NCBI GenBank assembly: GCA_032718475.1
Contig: JAUCBJ010006059.1
Location: 1-64,000, forward strand
Reading direction: 5' to 3'
Length of the DNA stretch: 64,000 nt
From: Nemertoderma westbladi
Lineage: Eukaryota > Animalia > Xenacoelomorpha
This document shows, piece by piece, positions 24,529 to 36,290 of the stretch (its first letter is position 1; every line of letters starts with the position of its first letter). Both the position numbers and the translations under genes were made by a program. The notes below the pieces were generated by a model that worked only from the letters and a program-made list of their open reading frames with translations, had not been told where the DNA came from and made no database searches.

Positions 24529-26093
24529 ACACGAAGTGGGGCCTTCGCGCAGCACGTGAAATGAGTTAATGCTAAGTATCAACTCGAAAGGATTATAAAA
24601 ACATAGGAGAAGATTTTCCCGGAAAACGTTAACCCTCTAGCGGGAGACTGGGTAACTGAAGAAGGAAGGATTAGTTTCCCTACAAAGCCACATCCTATGG
24701 TCTATTACATATCTACCAAGTTTCCGATTGACGGATCATAAATAACGAAATGTTGGAAGGTTTTCACTTTCATACATTTAGCCCTCTAGCGGCATATTAA
24801 AGAACTACGGATCGATCACCTTCCTCACAAAGACGAGGCATGTGGTCTAGTACATACCGGTACTGTATATTCCAAAATTCAGCTTAAATAGATTAAGATC
24901 AAGGAATTCGCAAAGGTTATCACTTTCCTACATTTCGCCCTCTAGCGGCAGACTCGAAAACTCCGGACCGATTACTGTCCACACAAAGACTTAGGATGTC
25001 TTCTAGTACATATATGACAAGTTTCAGCGTAATCAGATCATAAACAACTAAATGGAAGAATAATTTCACATTCGGGACATTTCGCCCTCTAGCGGCAGAC
25101 TGGAGAACTGCAGACAGATTAGCCTCCTTTGAAATTTACAGCTAATGGTCTAGTACATACTTCCCAAGTTTCAGCTTAAACGGATTAAAAGCAAAGAAAT
25201 GGGTGGCCATTTAATGTTTAGACATGTGGCCCTCTAGCGGGAGACTGGAAAACTTCGGACCGATTACAATCCACACAAAGACTCAGGATGTCTTCTAGTA
25301 CATATATGACAAGTTTCAGCGTAATCAGATCATAAACAACTAAATGGAAGAATAATTTCACATTCGGGACATTTCGCCCTCTAGCGGCAGACTGGAGAAC
25401 TGCAGACAGATTAGCCTCCTTTGAAATTTACAGCTAATGGTCTAGTACATACTTCCCAAGTTTCAGCTTAAACGGATTAAAAGCAAAGAAATGGGTGGCC
25501 ATTTAATGTTTAGACATGTGGCCCTCTAGCGGGAGACTGGAAAACTTCGGACCGATTACAATCCACACAAAGACTCAGGATGTCATCTAGTACATATATG
25601 ACAAGTTTCAGCGTAATCAGATCATAAACAACTAAATGGAAGAATAATTTCACATTCGGGACATTTCGCCCTCTAGCGGCAGACTGGAGAACTGCAGACA
25701 GATTAGCCTCCTTTGAAATTTACAGCTAATGGTCTAGTACATACTTCCCAAGTTTCAGCTTAAACGGATTAAAAGCAAAGAAATGGGTGGCCATTTAATG
25801 TTTAGACATGTGGCCCTCTAGCGGGAGACCATTGCACTGATGGTGTCTGAAAGTCTCTCAAAAATCTCAACTTTTGCTCATATTGATACCTACAAATTTT
25901 CAACTTGGCAGCTTTAAATCCGACAAAGTTATTAGCATGTCAAAATCGTAACGACGACGACAACGACGACGACGACAACGACGACGACGACAACGACGAC
26001 GACGACGACGACGACAACTATTTGCATAAATTGACCCACCCCCTAACAGTGTCAATTCGCTAAGGCTCCGCCAACTTCGTGGCTCGCCCCACA
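24529..26093 (-). mobile_element. HINE/Helentron-like element, copy 1, with an internal 292-bp dimeric tandem repeat and (ACG)n microsatellite
   Basis: Termini ACACGAAGTGGGGCCTTCGCGCAGCACG and ACTTCGTGGCTCGCCCCACA. (ACG)n at ~25951-26015. Appears identical to 44123-45395 apart from one extra 292-bp unit. Confidence 0.8.
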
Positions 26094-26429
26094 TAATAGT
26101 ATGATTAAAGAAAATGTTCCAGAATATGGTATATTTATTAAAAAGAATAAAATAGCCTTACGCAGGTGCAAAACCATGCAATTTTCGAACGCCCATATCT
26201 CAGCTATTTTACGACGAAATTCAGATTGTGTTAGATATTTGGTTACATAAAATTATTTTAATTCGAATTTTACTGATTTTACCGGAATAATTTATATATA
26301 ATTTATAATTTCCCCGCTATCATTCCTAACGTAACGCTATAAAAGTGTTATTTTATGAACAATGACAAGGTTTCAACATCATCAAATCAAATCATTGAAT
26401 ATGGTTGGACGACATGGACGTAATTCATT

Positions 26430-26697
26430 TGTGGGGCGAGCCACGAAGTGAGCGAAGCTTTAGCATATGGGTGCCATTGGCGAGTTGTCTGTCATCGTCG
26501 TCGTCTGTCGTCGTCGTAAATTTTTGATCGCTAATAACTTGGTTATTCCTTGATGAAATTAAACGACACTTGGTACGTATGTAAAGGAGGACGAGTATTG
26601 TGTTGAAGAGTTCTGACTAACGGCAGGCAACTCGTTAATGGTACCCATATACTAAAGGCTTTGCTCACTTCGTGCTGCACAAAGACCCCACGAACTT
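26430..26697 (+). mobile_element. Short HINE-like element sharing termini with 24529-26093
   Basis: TGTGGGGCGAGCCACGAAGTGAGCGAAGC...(GTC)n...GCTTTGCTCACTTCGTGCTGCACAAAGACCCCACGAAC: subterminal inverted repeats and a 3' hairpin-like end. Confidence 0.7.
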
Positions 26698-27565
26698 GTA
26701 CCATTTGTATGTTAACATGAGCGAGGGAACCTAAACACTCCGAGAAAGGGGGGGGGGCTCTAATGAAATCTCCGGCTAATTAATATATTAAATTAAGGGA
26801 AAGGAGTGAGCATGTTACAGTTGCGTGTTATACTACAACATAACCAAACAACAAACGTGAGCCAAGATACAACGAGAGTCTATTACACATAACCTAAACA
26901 ATAAATGTAAGTCAATTACAATTAGTTTGAGTTTCATTTTGTTCGTAATATGCTTATTGCGTCGAGTTCCTCTCACGAACTGTAATATCAATACCAAGTT
27001 ACACAGCGGCCTAACTGCTGGTCACTGAATTACTGTATAGTACAATAATACACATAAATAAGTAAACCAAGCACGGCCATTGCTGACTTAGATTATGAAT
27101 TCATAATGAGAATAGCATAATAACATTGGGTTACTCAGTCCATTTACTTGATTCTACCATGTAAATAACCTAATTAGGCTACTTTGGTTTATTTTATGAT
27201 CTTTTCCCTGAACTCCAGGGTTCATGCCACTCTGCCTGGCTTTGGCCAGTAATTACATCCTATAAAGACAACATGTGGGTTATGACGGAACAAACTGTTT
27301 ATTTGAAGAACGGCCTCTCATACATACATAATATCTCACTCCCAAGGGGTAATAATACCCTCCCATTATCTACATAAGCCCACAACTATCAAATTATTTA
27401 CATACATTATGTTTGATTTGATTACTTCAGGATAATTATTATTACTTTATAATATACTAATATATATATATATAATATAATATATACACGTATACACAAA
27501 TTACTTGGCTGACTATTCCGAATTCACAATGTACACGTGCTTTCGAGAAGGCCACATATCAGACA

Positions 27566-27735
27566 CGTTCGTGGGGTCTTCGCGCAGCACGAAGTGAGCA
27601 AAGCCTTTAGCATATGGGTACCAGTAACGAGTTGTCTGCTGTTAGTCAGAAGTCCTCAACACAATATTCGTCCTCATGTTTTGCCTCGTTGCGTTTGTTC
27701 GTTTTTGTCGAAACTTCAGATTTTTCTAAACTTTT

Positions 27736-27766
<31 letters not shown>

Positions 27767-27838
27767 GACGACGACGACAGACAACTCGTTAATGGCACCC
27801 AATGCTAAGGCTTCGCTCACTTCGTGGCTCGCCCCACA
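27566..27838 (-). mobile_element. Short HINE-like element, inverted relative to 26430-26697
   Basis: GTTCGTGGGGTCTTCGCGCAGCACGAAGTGAGCAAAGCC...(GAC)n...GCTTCGCTCACTTCGTGGCTCGCCCCACA. Confidence 0.7.
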
Positions 27839-27977
27839 ATAATATAACCTTCAAGATTCAAGAATTTCTAAACACGCTTTCGATACAAACAAAATTCATC
27901 ACTTAAAAAATAATTACAGTAAATATTTACCGGTAGGCCTACAGTAAAATTTTTTATAACCTAATTAATTTTAGGAA

Positions 27978-28270
27978 GGGAATGGTTGCTGATGTGTCGT
28001 TGTGTGCGAGTGGATATTTCGCCTGAACTGTTTTCACAATAGTGTTTGGCGGTGTAGGTTCAAATCCGACTAAAGCCTGTATAAATTTCGCACATTAGTG
28101 CTTTATGCACTAATGGGCAAACCCTGCGGTGGAATGGGAACTTATACTGGGGGAGTAAAGAAAGGGTTTGATAGTTATGGAGTGTTCAGGTTCTCCCTTG
28201 GGAGTTAATGTGGCGCCCTCTTATTACTGTACGTAGCCAAGAGAGTTGAGCCTTCTGTGGCCTACTTTGA
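27978..28270 (+). mobile_element. Possible degenerate tRNA-derived SINE
   Basis: B-box-like GGTTCAAATCC at ~28057 with a weak upstream A-box-like sequence. Body not identified. Confidence 0.3.
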
Positions 28271-28364
28271 AAAACTTTGATAAAGCCTCATACCAAGAAG
28301 ACCAATCATAGTCTACTGTAAGGCACACTCTATTAACGATTATTTAGGACAGCAGTAGTTGTAC

Positions 28365-28770
28365 CAGTACTCCTCTGTAGGAGTGGACTGCTAAGGACAC
28401 CAAATCTCTGGATGGCACATTCACAAGAATGCTACGTCGGGTTCACTGTGTCAAGTACAATTCACACATCTCCAATCAGACACTATATAACATTGGATGT
28501 GCCTCATTGGTCCCCCCAAGGTTGACGCTAGAACAAAGCCGCCTCCGCTTTGCAGGACATTGTTTTCGCCGCGAAGACCAGCTTGTGCACAATCTTGTGC
28601 TTTGGCAGCCCCATGGAGAAAATAAGCATGGTGGACAGCCCATGACTTTCGTGAAACGCCTCCTAAATGACACTGGCCTTTTAGATGAGGATAATCTCGC
28701 GAAAGTCATGGGTGATAGGGAGTTGTGGCGGTGCAATTTTGTTGATAAGCCGGCATAATAGTAGTAGTAA
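28365..28770 (+). mobile_element. 5'-truncated RTE-type LINE 3' end
   Basis: ORF 28429-28758 (LDGTFTR)MLRRV..LY..SRLRFAGHCFRREDQLVHNLVLWQP..M.DRELWR, followed by a (TAG)n tail. Confidence 0.85.
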
Positions 28771-30103
28771 CGAAGAACAAAGACACTTGTAAGACTCGGA
28801 ATTTAAACTTTATGTCTGTATAGAAACTTAAGCCTACTTTTACATAAGTTTCGAATAATTATTTCCAAGGTGCTTTATCCAGAACCAACCATCTTTTCTA
28901 TACCGCGTCTAAATCTTTCAATACGTTTTTATTTACTATCGTATGAACAATACCATTACCAGCTTCAAACTACTTTTTCATTTGGAACCAAAAAAATTCA
29001 GTTTTACCGAAGTGAATGGTTAGCTTTTTAGTTTTTATCAACCAAAACTCATTACAGCATTCTAGTACAGCTTTACTTTAAGTTAACTTTTGCGAAACAA
29101 AGACAACAAAATCTTTGTGAGAGAAAATACGAGCACTATCACCGACATAAAAGATGAGTTTTAAATCGGGATCTATACTACTTATCATAACATATCATAC
29201 AAAAAGCAGAGGGCCTAATATGTATAATTCAGTCTAAATGTAAAATCAAACGAACATGTAGTAATATAGTAAAGTGAAAGGATACACCACCTGCAGCAGC
29301 AGGGTAGCGGCGATTAAATGTAAGTAAAGTGAAACAAGCTGTGCTGGGTCAGATGCACACAACATGAGCTCATTATATATCAGTTGTAATCTAATCTATA
29401 GATTATGGATCCACCCACACCAGCCGCCCATATATTGGTAGACGAATACACTTACTGTACTATGCAGAGCGCTGTGTAGGCCTACTGTCAATATAAATTG
29501 TATATCGCATTATAGATTATATACAGTATAGTCTAATAACCATAATAATAATTATATAATAACAACATAAGCAGCCAATTACCTATCATTAATTTAAATG
29601 AAAATTTTAAGGATATGTAGTAATTATTTGTAAATAAATTATTATATTTATTTGATTTATTGTTAAATTTTTAAATAGACGCCCCCACGCGGGGCAAATG
29701 GAAATTTTTATTTCAAATATAATTAAAATTAAAATATGTCAGTGTACATGTACATATGCGAAATGTAGAAAACTAGCTGCATAATAAATCAAGTTAAAAC
29801 GGAAGGTTAAAAGTAAATTATATGTCGATCAATGTTTTATTATTTGATTTAATATTAATTTATATAATTATTGAATTTATTTATATTCATATAACTGGTT
29901 AAATACTGACGAAGATACTTTTTTCAAACGCTTGTAGCTAAAGAATGGAAGCAAATTAAAAACGCTGACTCACCCGCGGAGGAGGAGTGAGGTGAAACTA
30001 CAGTATGTAACTATGTTTCAAATGTCATGTAATATCATTACGAATTGTAGAAAGTAAAGAAAAATTTTGTTTTTAGTATTTTGTTTTGTATGCAATGTGT
30101 AGT

Positions 30104-30224
30104 ATGCTACACGTATACACCATGCCTAAAATATAGTGTCTTTATTCAGATATCCGAATATCACAGATATCGCAGATATCTGAATAAAGACACTATTTTT
30201 AGGCATGGTGTATTCGTGTAGCAT
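30104..30224. repeat. ~50-bp-arm inverted repeat (hairpin) just upstream of the KChIP start
   Basis: ATGCTACACGTATACACCATGCCTAAAATATAGTGTCTTTATTCAGATATC pairs with GATATCTGAATAAAGACACTATTTTTAGGCATGGTGTATTCGTGTAGCAT, with ~2 mismatches/bulges and a ~20-nt loop. Confidence 0.85.
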
Positions 30225-30398
30225 TCTATGTACTGCATGCATACATAAGGTGTCAACGACGTTGCGTTTCAGCAATACTATTAAGAAAATATTAATTGCA
30301 CAATAAGTATAAGTATAAGTAGTGCACTTGCTCTACAACTGCAGTAGTATCATTAGTCAATAATCTCAAACTTATCTACTGTGTATTGTTTGGTTGTT

Positions 30399-30688
30399 AT
30401 GGCAACTACAAGTCGAACCTCCATGAGCAGCAACAGTAGCGACGATTCCAGAACAATCCACTCATCAAGTCAACTGAGCGAGATCGATCCTGCAGAGTGC
30501 CGTTGGGGGTTCCTCAACAGATTTCAGGGCGACCGCTGGAGGGACAACTGCGTTGCTAAATGGTTTCACGACTTTATCTACCCCCCGCCCGAAACAACGT
30601 CCCTGGATGACTTCGAGATAAAGTCGCCATGCCAACGGTCACGTCCTGGGAGCATCGACGACCTCGTCAAGGCAACGAGGTTGACCAG
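30399..30688 (+). CDS. KCNIP: Kv channel-interacting protein (KChIP/calsenilin, NCS family), coding exon 1; start codon tentative
   Basis: Ends SLDDFEIKSPCQRSRPGSIDDLVKATRLTR, matching the KChIP DEFE..RPEGLEQL...TKFTR pattern. Donor AG|GTCAGT, phase 2, fits the exon 2 acceptor. Confidence 0.8.
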
Positions 30689-31768
30689 GTCAGTAAGACG
30701 TCAATAATTACCTAATTACCGTTACAATGTGGAAATGTTTTAATAATAATTAATTAAAAACGTGGGAGTGCAATTTAGCATAATTTTGTCGATTACAGAC
30801 AATGCGGTTCACAGATACACTTCGCGGTGACAACAAGATTACAGCGCTGTCAAAGTGCGTTCGTTCTAAACGTGACGCAAAACTAGAACTAAGAAAAACT
30901 ATAACAAAGGCCAAGAAAACTCGCAATATTTATCATGTGAAATTTGGAATTCAGTAACTGAGATTTACTCAGATTATTATCGCAATTAGAAACGCCCTTT
31001 CTCGTTACATTATTAAACGAGGCCAGCCCTACAAGAACAATTGGATTAAGATTCCATTATGATGTGACAGCATAATTGTCTCATCAGTTAGCGGGGTTGT
31101 ATTGAACTTCTCATTCTTCTATCCTATTCGTTTTCAGATTTGGACACTCATCAGCCTCACAGATTTGAATTAATAGTGGAATATCTGTCAGAATATGGAA
31201 CTATTTATCGACATAAATTAAGTTGATGACAGTAATTTCGATATGAGACTCAATTAACCTTTTTAAATTTATCCCGCCCTGCACTACTGTAAAGAGAGCC
31301 TATTCCTTCATTTCTTTCGTAAATCACTCTGTAGTATTGCGTTCAGAAATGCTGGAATTCTGCGGGTAGGATTTTTCACTCACTCACCCCCCAAAAAGGT
31401 GGACTTTCCGTGTGCAGCAATTCCCTGTGTGTGTACTCCCACAATTTTTAAATAAGCGACATTGATATTTTCAGTATATTTCTAGAACTACTGTCTGAAT
31501 TTCTGCGCGGAGAAATGGCGGAGGTGAAGAGGTCCATAAATATGACCTCTAATGGTATATTATTCCTCGCGATATTTTTACAATAATTCTCTTGACTCTA
31601 CTGTAACACATGGTGATTAGCCCACAATTCCATTTGTATCCTCACGACTAAAGTAGTAGGATATGGTATCCTCCATATCACACCGAAACCACCGTAATGA
31701 TTTACAGTACCATTAGGCCAACGCCAGAGCAATTTTGGAATTGTTCATTTTGGAGAATGGCTATTCAT

Positions 31769-34700
31769 TGTGACGGGATCAGGGGATCCCGACCGGTTTA
31801 TTGCGTTACGCGTCACCGTGTAATTGAGAAGAAGATAATAGTTTGTTGTTGTTGTTCTAATGTTGTTATAGATTAACTGATGACTGATATAGAATATGAT
31901 AGCACAGTTGTCGATATATGCAGTATAGTCTGCTGACCGGTAAATATATGATGGCGGTGACGGTACGAAATTGTCACCGATCTGCACTAGATGACTGATA
32001 ACTGAACGACTGACCGGTAATGAGATATAATATATATATCTAATTATGGCTACACTACCTTGGCCTTCGTTCAGTGGATGCTCTCCGCTCCCATTGGTTA
32101 ATATACTAATTCTCGCCTCCACCTCTGTGGGAGTGCTTCCCCCCCGCGGCTGTTACTTCCCCTCTCGAGGTAGCTTGAGCTCTAACCTCCTTTGTGTGTG
32201 GCCTTCGGGGCCGTGTGTTGTCCCCGTTATTGGGGGTGATACGAGATTAATTGTGATTAACCTCGTATCCCCAATATTGCTGAAAATGCCACTTCCCAAC
32301 TTTATGGGGATAGTGAGGCGGAATTGAATCCGCTCACACTCCCCCCCATGCTATCTTCCCGGTGAGAAGATAGCATCACCTTCGAGTGCGCTTCAATCCC
32401 GCTGGAACCCGATCTACCATCGGGTGTGGGGTGGAGTCGGTTTTCCAGGCCGCTCCCTCTGGGTATGATATTACTACCCTCTCTTGGTGCAACTTCGACC
32501 TGTGTTGCACCAAGACATCTGGCGTCTCGGTTCGAGACATTTGTGGATTCTCACACAATTTTAAAAACCCTCTCACTCTGAACTCTGACTTCTCACTCTA
32601 CTCTATCTTACTTCCTCTCTGCTCGCTTTAACTCCACCCTGAATTGCACTCCTGCACTCTCTCTCGCCAACACCTCCTCTCCAGACTTCTCTCGGGACTG
32701 CTCTTATACTCTCTACCACTCCCAAAGGCGCTAAATCTCTTATGCTACCCCTGTGCTATCATTCTATCTACCTTGCTACTTACTTCTTACTTACTACTTC
32801 CTATCTAACTCTCTTACTACTTACTTACTTACTACTTACTTACTTACTACTTACTCCCTAATTCTACTAACTCTCTAACTCTAACTGGCTCTCTAACTCT
32901 ACTAACTCTAACTAACTCCTAACTCTCTAACTCCTAACTCTACTAACTCTCTGACTCCTCTAAGTCTACTAACTCTCTACCTCTACTAACTCTCTAACCC
33001 TCTAACTAGAACTCTCTAACTCTACTAACTCTCTAACTCCTAACTCTACTAACTCTCATAAGTCTACTAACTCTCTTAAGTCTACTAACTCTCTACCTCT
33101 GCTAACTCTCTGACTACGTGGCGCTTTCGGTGCCCACAACCCCTCTGCTACTACCTCTGCGTGGCGCTTCCGGTGCCCACAACCCCTCTGCTACTCTTCT
33201 ATCTACGTGGCGCTTTCAGTGCCCACAACCCCTCTACTACTACTCGTGGCATGTCAATATACCACACTCCCTTACTGCCTACTTCTAACGGTACCACGTA
33301 CCCCTCTACTCCCGTGGTATGTTTATATACCACACTCCCTATACCTGCCGACTTCTAACCCTATGGTACTACGTACCCTCCTACTCCCGTGGTATGTCTA
33401 TATACCACACTCCCTATACCCGCCGACTTCTAACCTAATGGTACTACGTACCCCCCTACTCCCATGGTATGTCTATATACCACACTCCCTACACCCGCCG
33501 ACTTCTAACCAAACGGTACTACGTACCCCCCTACTCCCGTGGTATGTCTATATACCACACTCCCTATACCCGCCGACTTCTAACGTTAACTAACTTCTAC
33601 TAACTTTCTTACTTACCTACTATCTAACTATCTACTACCTATCTGACTACTAACTTCTTACTAACTTCTACTGACTTCTACTTACTTATTATTTTATTAT
33701 TTTTATTATTTTTAATTATTTATGTGTGGGAAGGGCGTCTCGCCCTCATCCCCACCCCCCTCAGTCCAAAATATTGGACGACTAAACTTCATCTAACTTC
33801 ATCTAAACTTCAAGGGCGATTCTTCCAACAGGCACTCTCCCACTGCTCCCCTTGTAGGTCCTGTAGGATTCGCCACACTCTCCTCGCCAATTCCAACTCA
33901 CCAGGAATTGGTTCTCCGTCTTCTGCCACCCTAAAATCGGGTCTCTCCGCCGCCTTCTTAATTTCCTCATTTCTTGGCAGCAAAATGCCACCCTTCGTCT
34001 GGTCGTCTCCTGGCGGTAGAATGAAAAGGAATCGGAAGAATAGATAAAACAGAACGGACAATAGTAATCCTATCCCTTTCCATCCTGTCTTCTTACTCGA
34101 CCTCCCCCTTGTTGGTATGCCCCTCAACTGGACCGGCGTCTCTTCCGGACACTCCTCTGGACACTCCTCCGGACACTCCTCCGGGTTGTCCTCCGGACAT
34201 CTCGCCGTCCGCTCCTCTCCATCCCCATACCGATACTTGCTGGGAACATCCTTGTTCCATCCCATTGTCTCTAAGTCTTCCGCATCAAATCCATTCTCCT
34301 CCGCCCACTCTCTTACTGTTACTTCTCCTTCTAGCTTATCTACCGTCTCTGGTTTCTCCTCTATGTCCTTAACGGTGCCTGGTAGCATGCACCCTGACTC
34401 TGTGGGAGTGCTCCCCTCCCCCCCCCCCCCCCCCCCCCCCGCTACTGTTACTTCCCCTCTCTAGGTAGCTTGATCTCTAACCTCCTTTGTGTGTGGCCTT
34501 CGGGGCCGTGTGTTGTCCCCGTTATTGGGGGTGATACGAGATTAATTGTGATTAACCTCGTATCCCCAATATTGCTGAAAACGCCAATTCCCAACTTTAT
34601 GGGGATAGTGAGGCGGAATTGAATCCGCTCACAGAGTGCAGATCGGTGACAATTTCGTACTGTGACGGGATCAGGGGATCCCGACCGGTTTATTGCGTTA

Positions 34701-35244
34701 CGCGTCACCGTGTAATTGAGAAGAAGATAATAGTTTGTTGTTGTTGTTCTAATGTTGTTATAGATTAACTGATGACTGATATAGAATATGATAGCACAGT
34801 TGTCGATATATGCAGTATAGTCTGCTGACCGGTAAATATATGATGGCGGTGACGGTACGAAATTGTCACTGATCTGCACTAGATGACTGATAACTGAATG
34901 ACTGACCGGTAATGAGATATAATATATATATCTAATTATGGCTACACTACCTTGGCCTTCGTTCAGTGGATGCTCTCCGCTCCCATTGGTTAATATACTA
35001 ATGCTCGCCTCCACCTCTGTGGGAGTGCTCCCCCCCCCCCCCCCCCCCCCCGCTGCTGTTACTTCCCCTCTCGAGGTAGCTTGACCTCTAACCTCCTTTG
35101 TGTGTGGCCTTCGGGGCCGTGTGTTGTCCCCGTTATTGGGGGTGATACGAGATTAATTGTGATTAACCTCGTATCCCCAATATTGCTGAAAACGCCACTT
35201 CCCAGCTTTATGGGGATAGTGAGGCGGAATTGAATCCGCTCACA
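31769..35244 (-). mobile_element. Non-autonomous, rearranged LTR retrotransposon in KChIP intron 1
   Basis: Near-identical TG...CA LTRs at 31769-32338 and 34661-35244. 5-bp TSD TTCAT. Minus-strand polypurine tract (CTCCCCCCC on +) at 32339. Extra partial LTR at 34398-34633. No recognisable RT or integrase core. Confidence 0.88.
33290..33585. repeat. 75-bp tandem repeat (4 copies) inside the LTR element, downstream of CTAACT-rich low-complexity DNA
   Basis: GGTACYACGTACCC recurs at 33290, 33365, 33440 and 33515. Confidence 0.9.
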
Positions 35245-35890
35245 TTCATTGGAATATTTCTTTAAAAAAAAAAAAAATATACATTCAAAAATCCATGGAA
35301 GAAATTCATCATTGGAACTGGACAATGTAATGTTAGTTCTGCCAACATATAATTAGAATTAGTCAATTAGAATTAGGAATTCACAACGGAAATTATAATA
35401 TTCCATTGTGACAGCCTAATCAATCAGAAGAAGAATGATTGCAGGTTAAATAATCCAGCTCGGTCCTTCATATCTATCCTTCCATAACATTTTGCACCCT
35501 ACAGGTTTAAAATAATTTGCATTAATCCGCAAATTGATTACATTTCCCGATTGCCCTCGAAGACTGTAGAGGTACCGGTACTTGTACTATAAGTGTATAA
35601 TATTGTATACCTAGACTGAGATTCCTAGTATATCCTATACTGTTAGCGTTGCAAGAAGGAATGACATTAATCAATCATTGATATATAATACAAAAGTCAA
35701 TTATCCATACTTTCCTGTCATACTAAAATCCCAACTGAACCGAAAGAAAGAACACAAAAGAACAAACCAATAGAACCCCGCAATAATCTAATAGAACCCA
35801 AACAATAATCTAATGTGTTATGACGGATAGCGAACAAAGGAGATAATCAAGATCGCCTAGAAATTCGATAATCGATGATCATAGGCATAC

Positions 35891-36025
35891 GGGAGGGGGG
35901 CAGGGAGCAGGGGGGCAGGGAGCAAGGGGGCAGGGAGAAGGGGGGCAGGGAGCAAGGGGGCAGGGAGCAGGGGGGCAGGGAGCAGGGGGCAGGGAGCAGG
36001 GGGCAGGGAGCCGGGGGGAGGGGGC
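35891..36025. repeat. 15-bp G-rich minisatellite (G-quadruplex-prone)
   Basis: GGGGGCAGGGAGCAG-type units, ~8 copies. Confidence 0.85.
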
Positions 36026-36290
36026 AATTGCACCCCTGCCCCAAACCAAATTTCTTAGGGTTGAACTTACAGGCATAAATAAAGAAGGGCGAAATTTTTG
36101 AGTATTATAGTACTGCAAACGGAGATTAGTTCCATTCCCTTACTCTTACGTCGATGATATTCTCATGATGAAAACCCAGTTTTATTTGATGATAATCGGT
36201 CTTCCCTCAATAACAGGCTATTGAGAATACAATAAGTCGTACTTATAAGTCAAAATAATGAAGACCTATAAATAAATGAAACAGAGAGTA

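Noticed and set aside
25900-26094. Arg/Cys-rich protamine-like ORF (also 45202-45408)
   Set aside because: Translation of the (GTC)n microsatellite of the HINE-like element.
32780-33115. Telomere-like repeats (CTAACT-rich)
   Set aside because: Irregular low-complexity tract inside the LTR element, not a regular TTAGGG or TTAGG array.
31745-35325. Duplicated ORFs MEA.ISILTNGSGEHP... and ...RIQFRLTIPIKLG...
   Set aside because: They lie in the LTR copies and are duplicated only because the LTR is. No gag or pol motifs.
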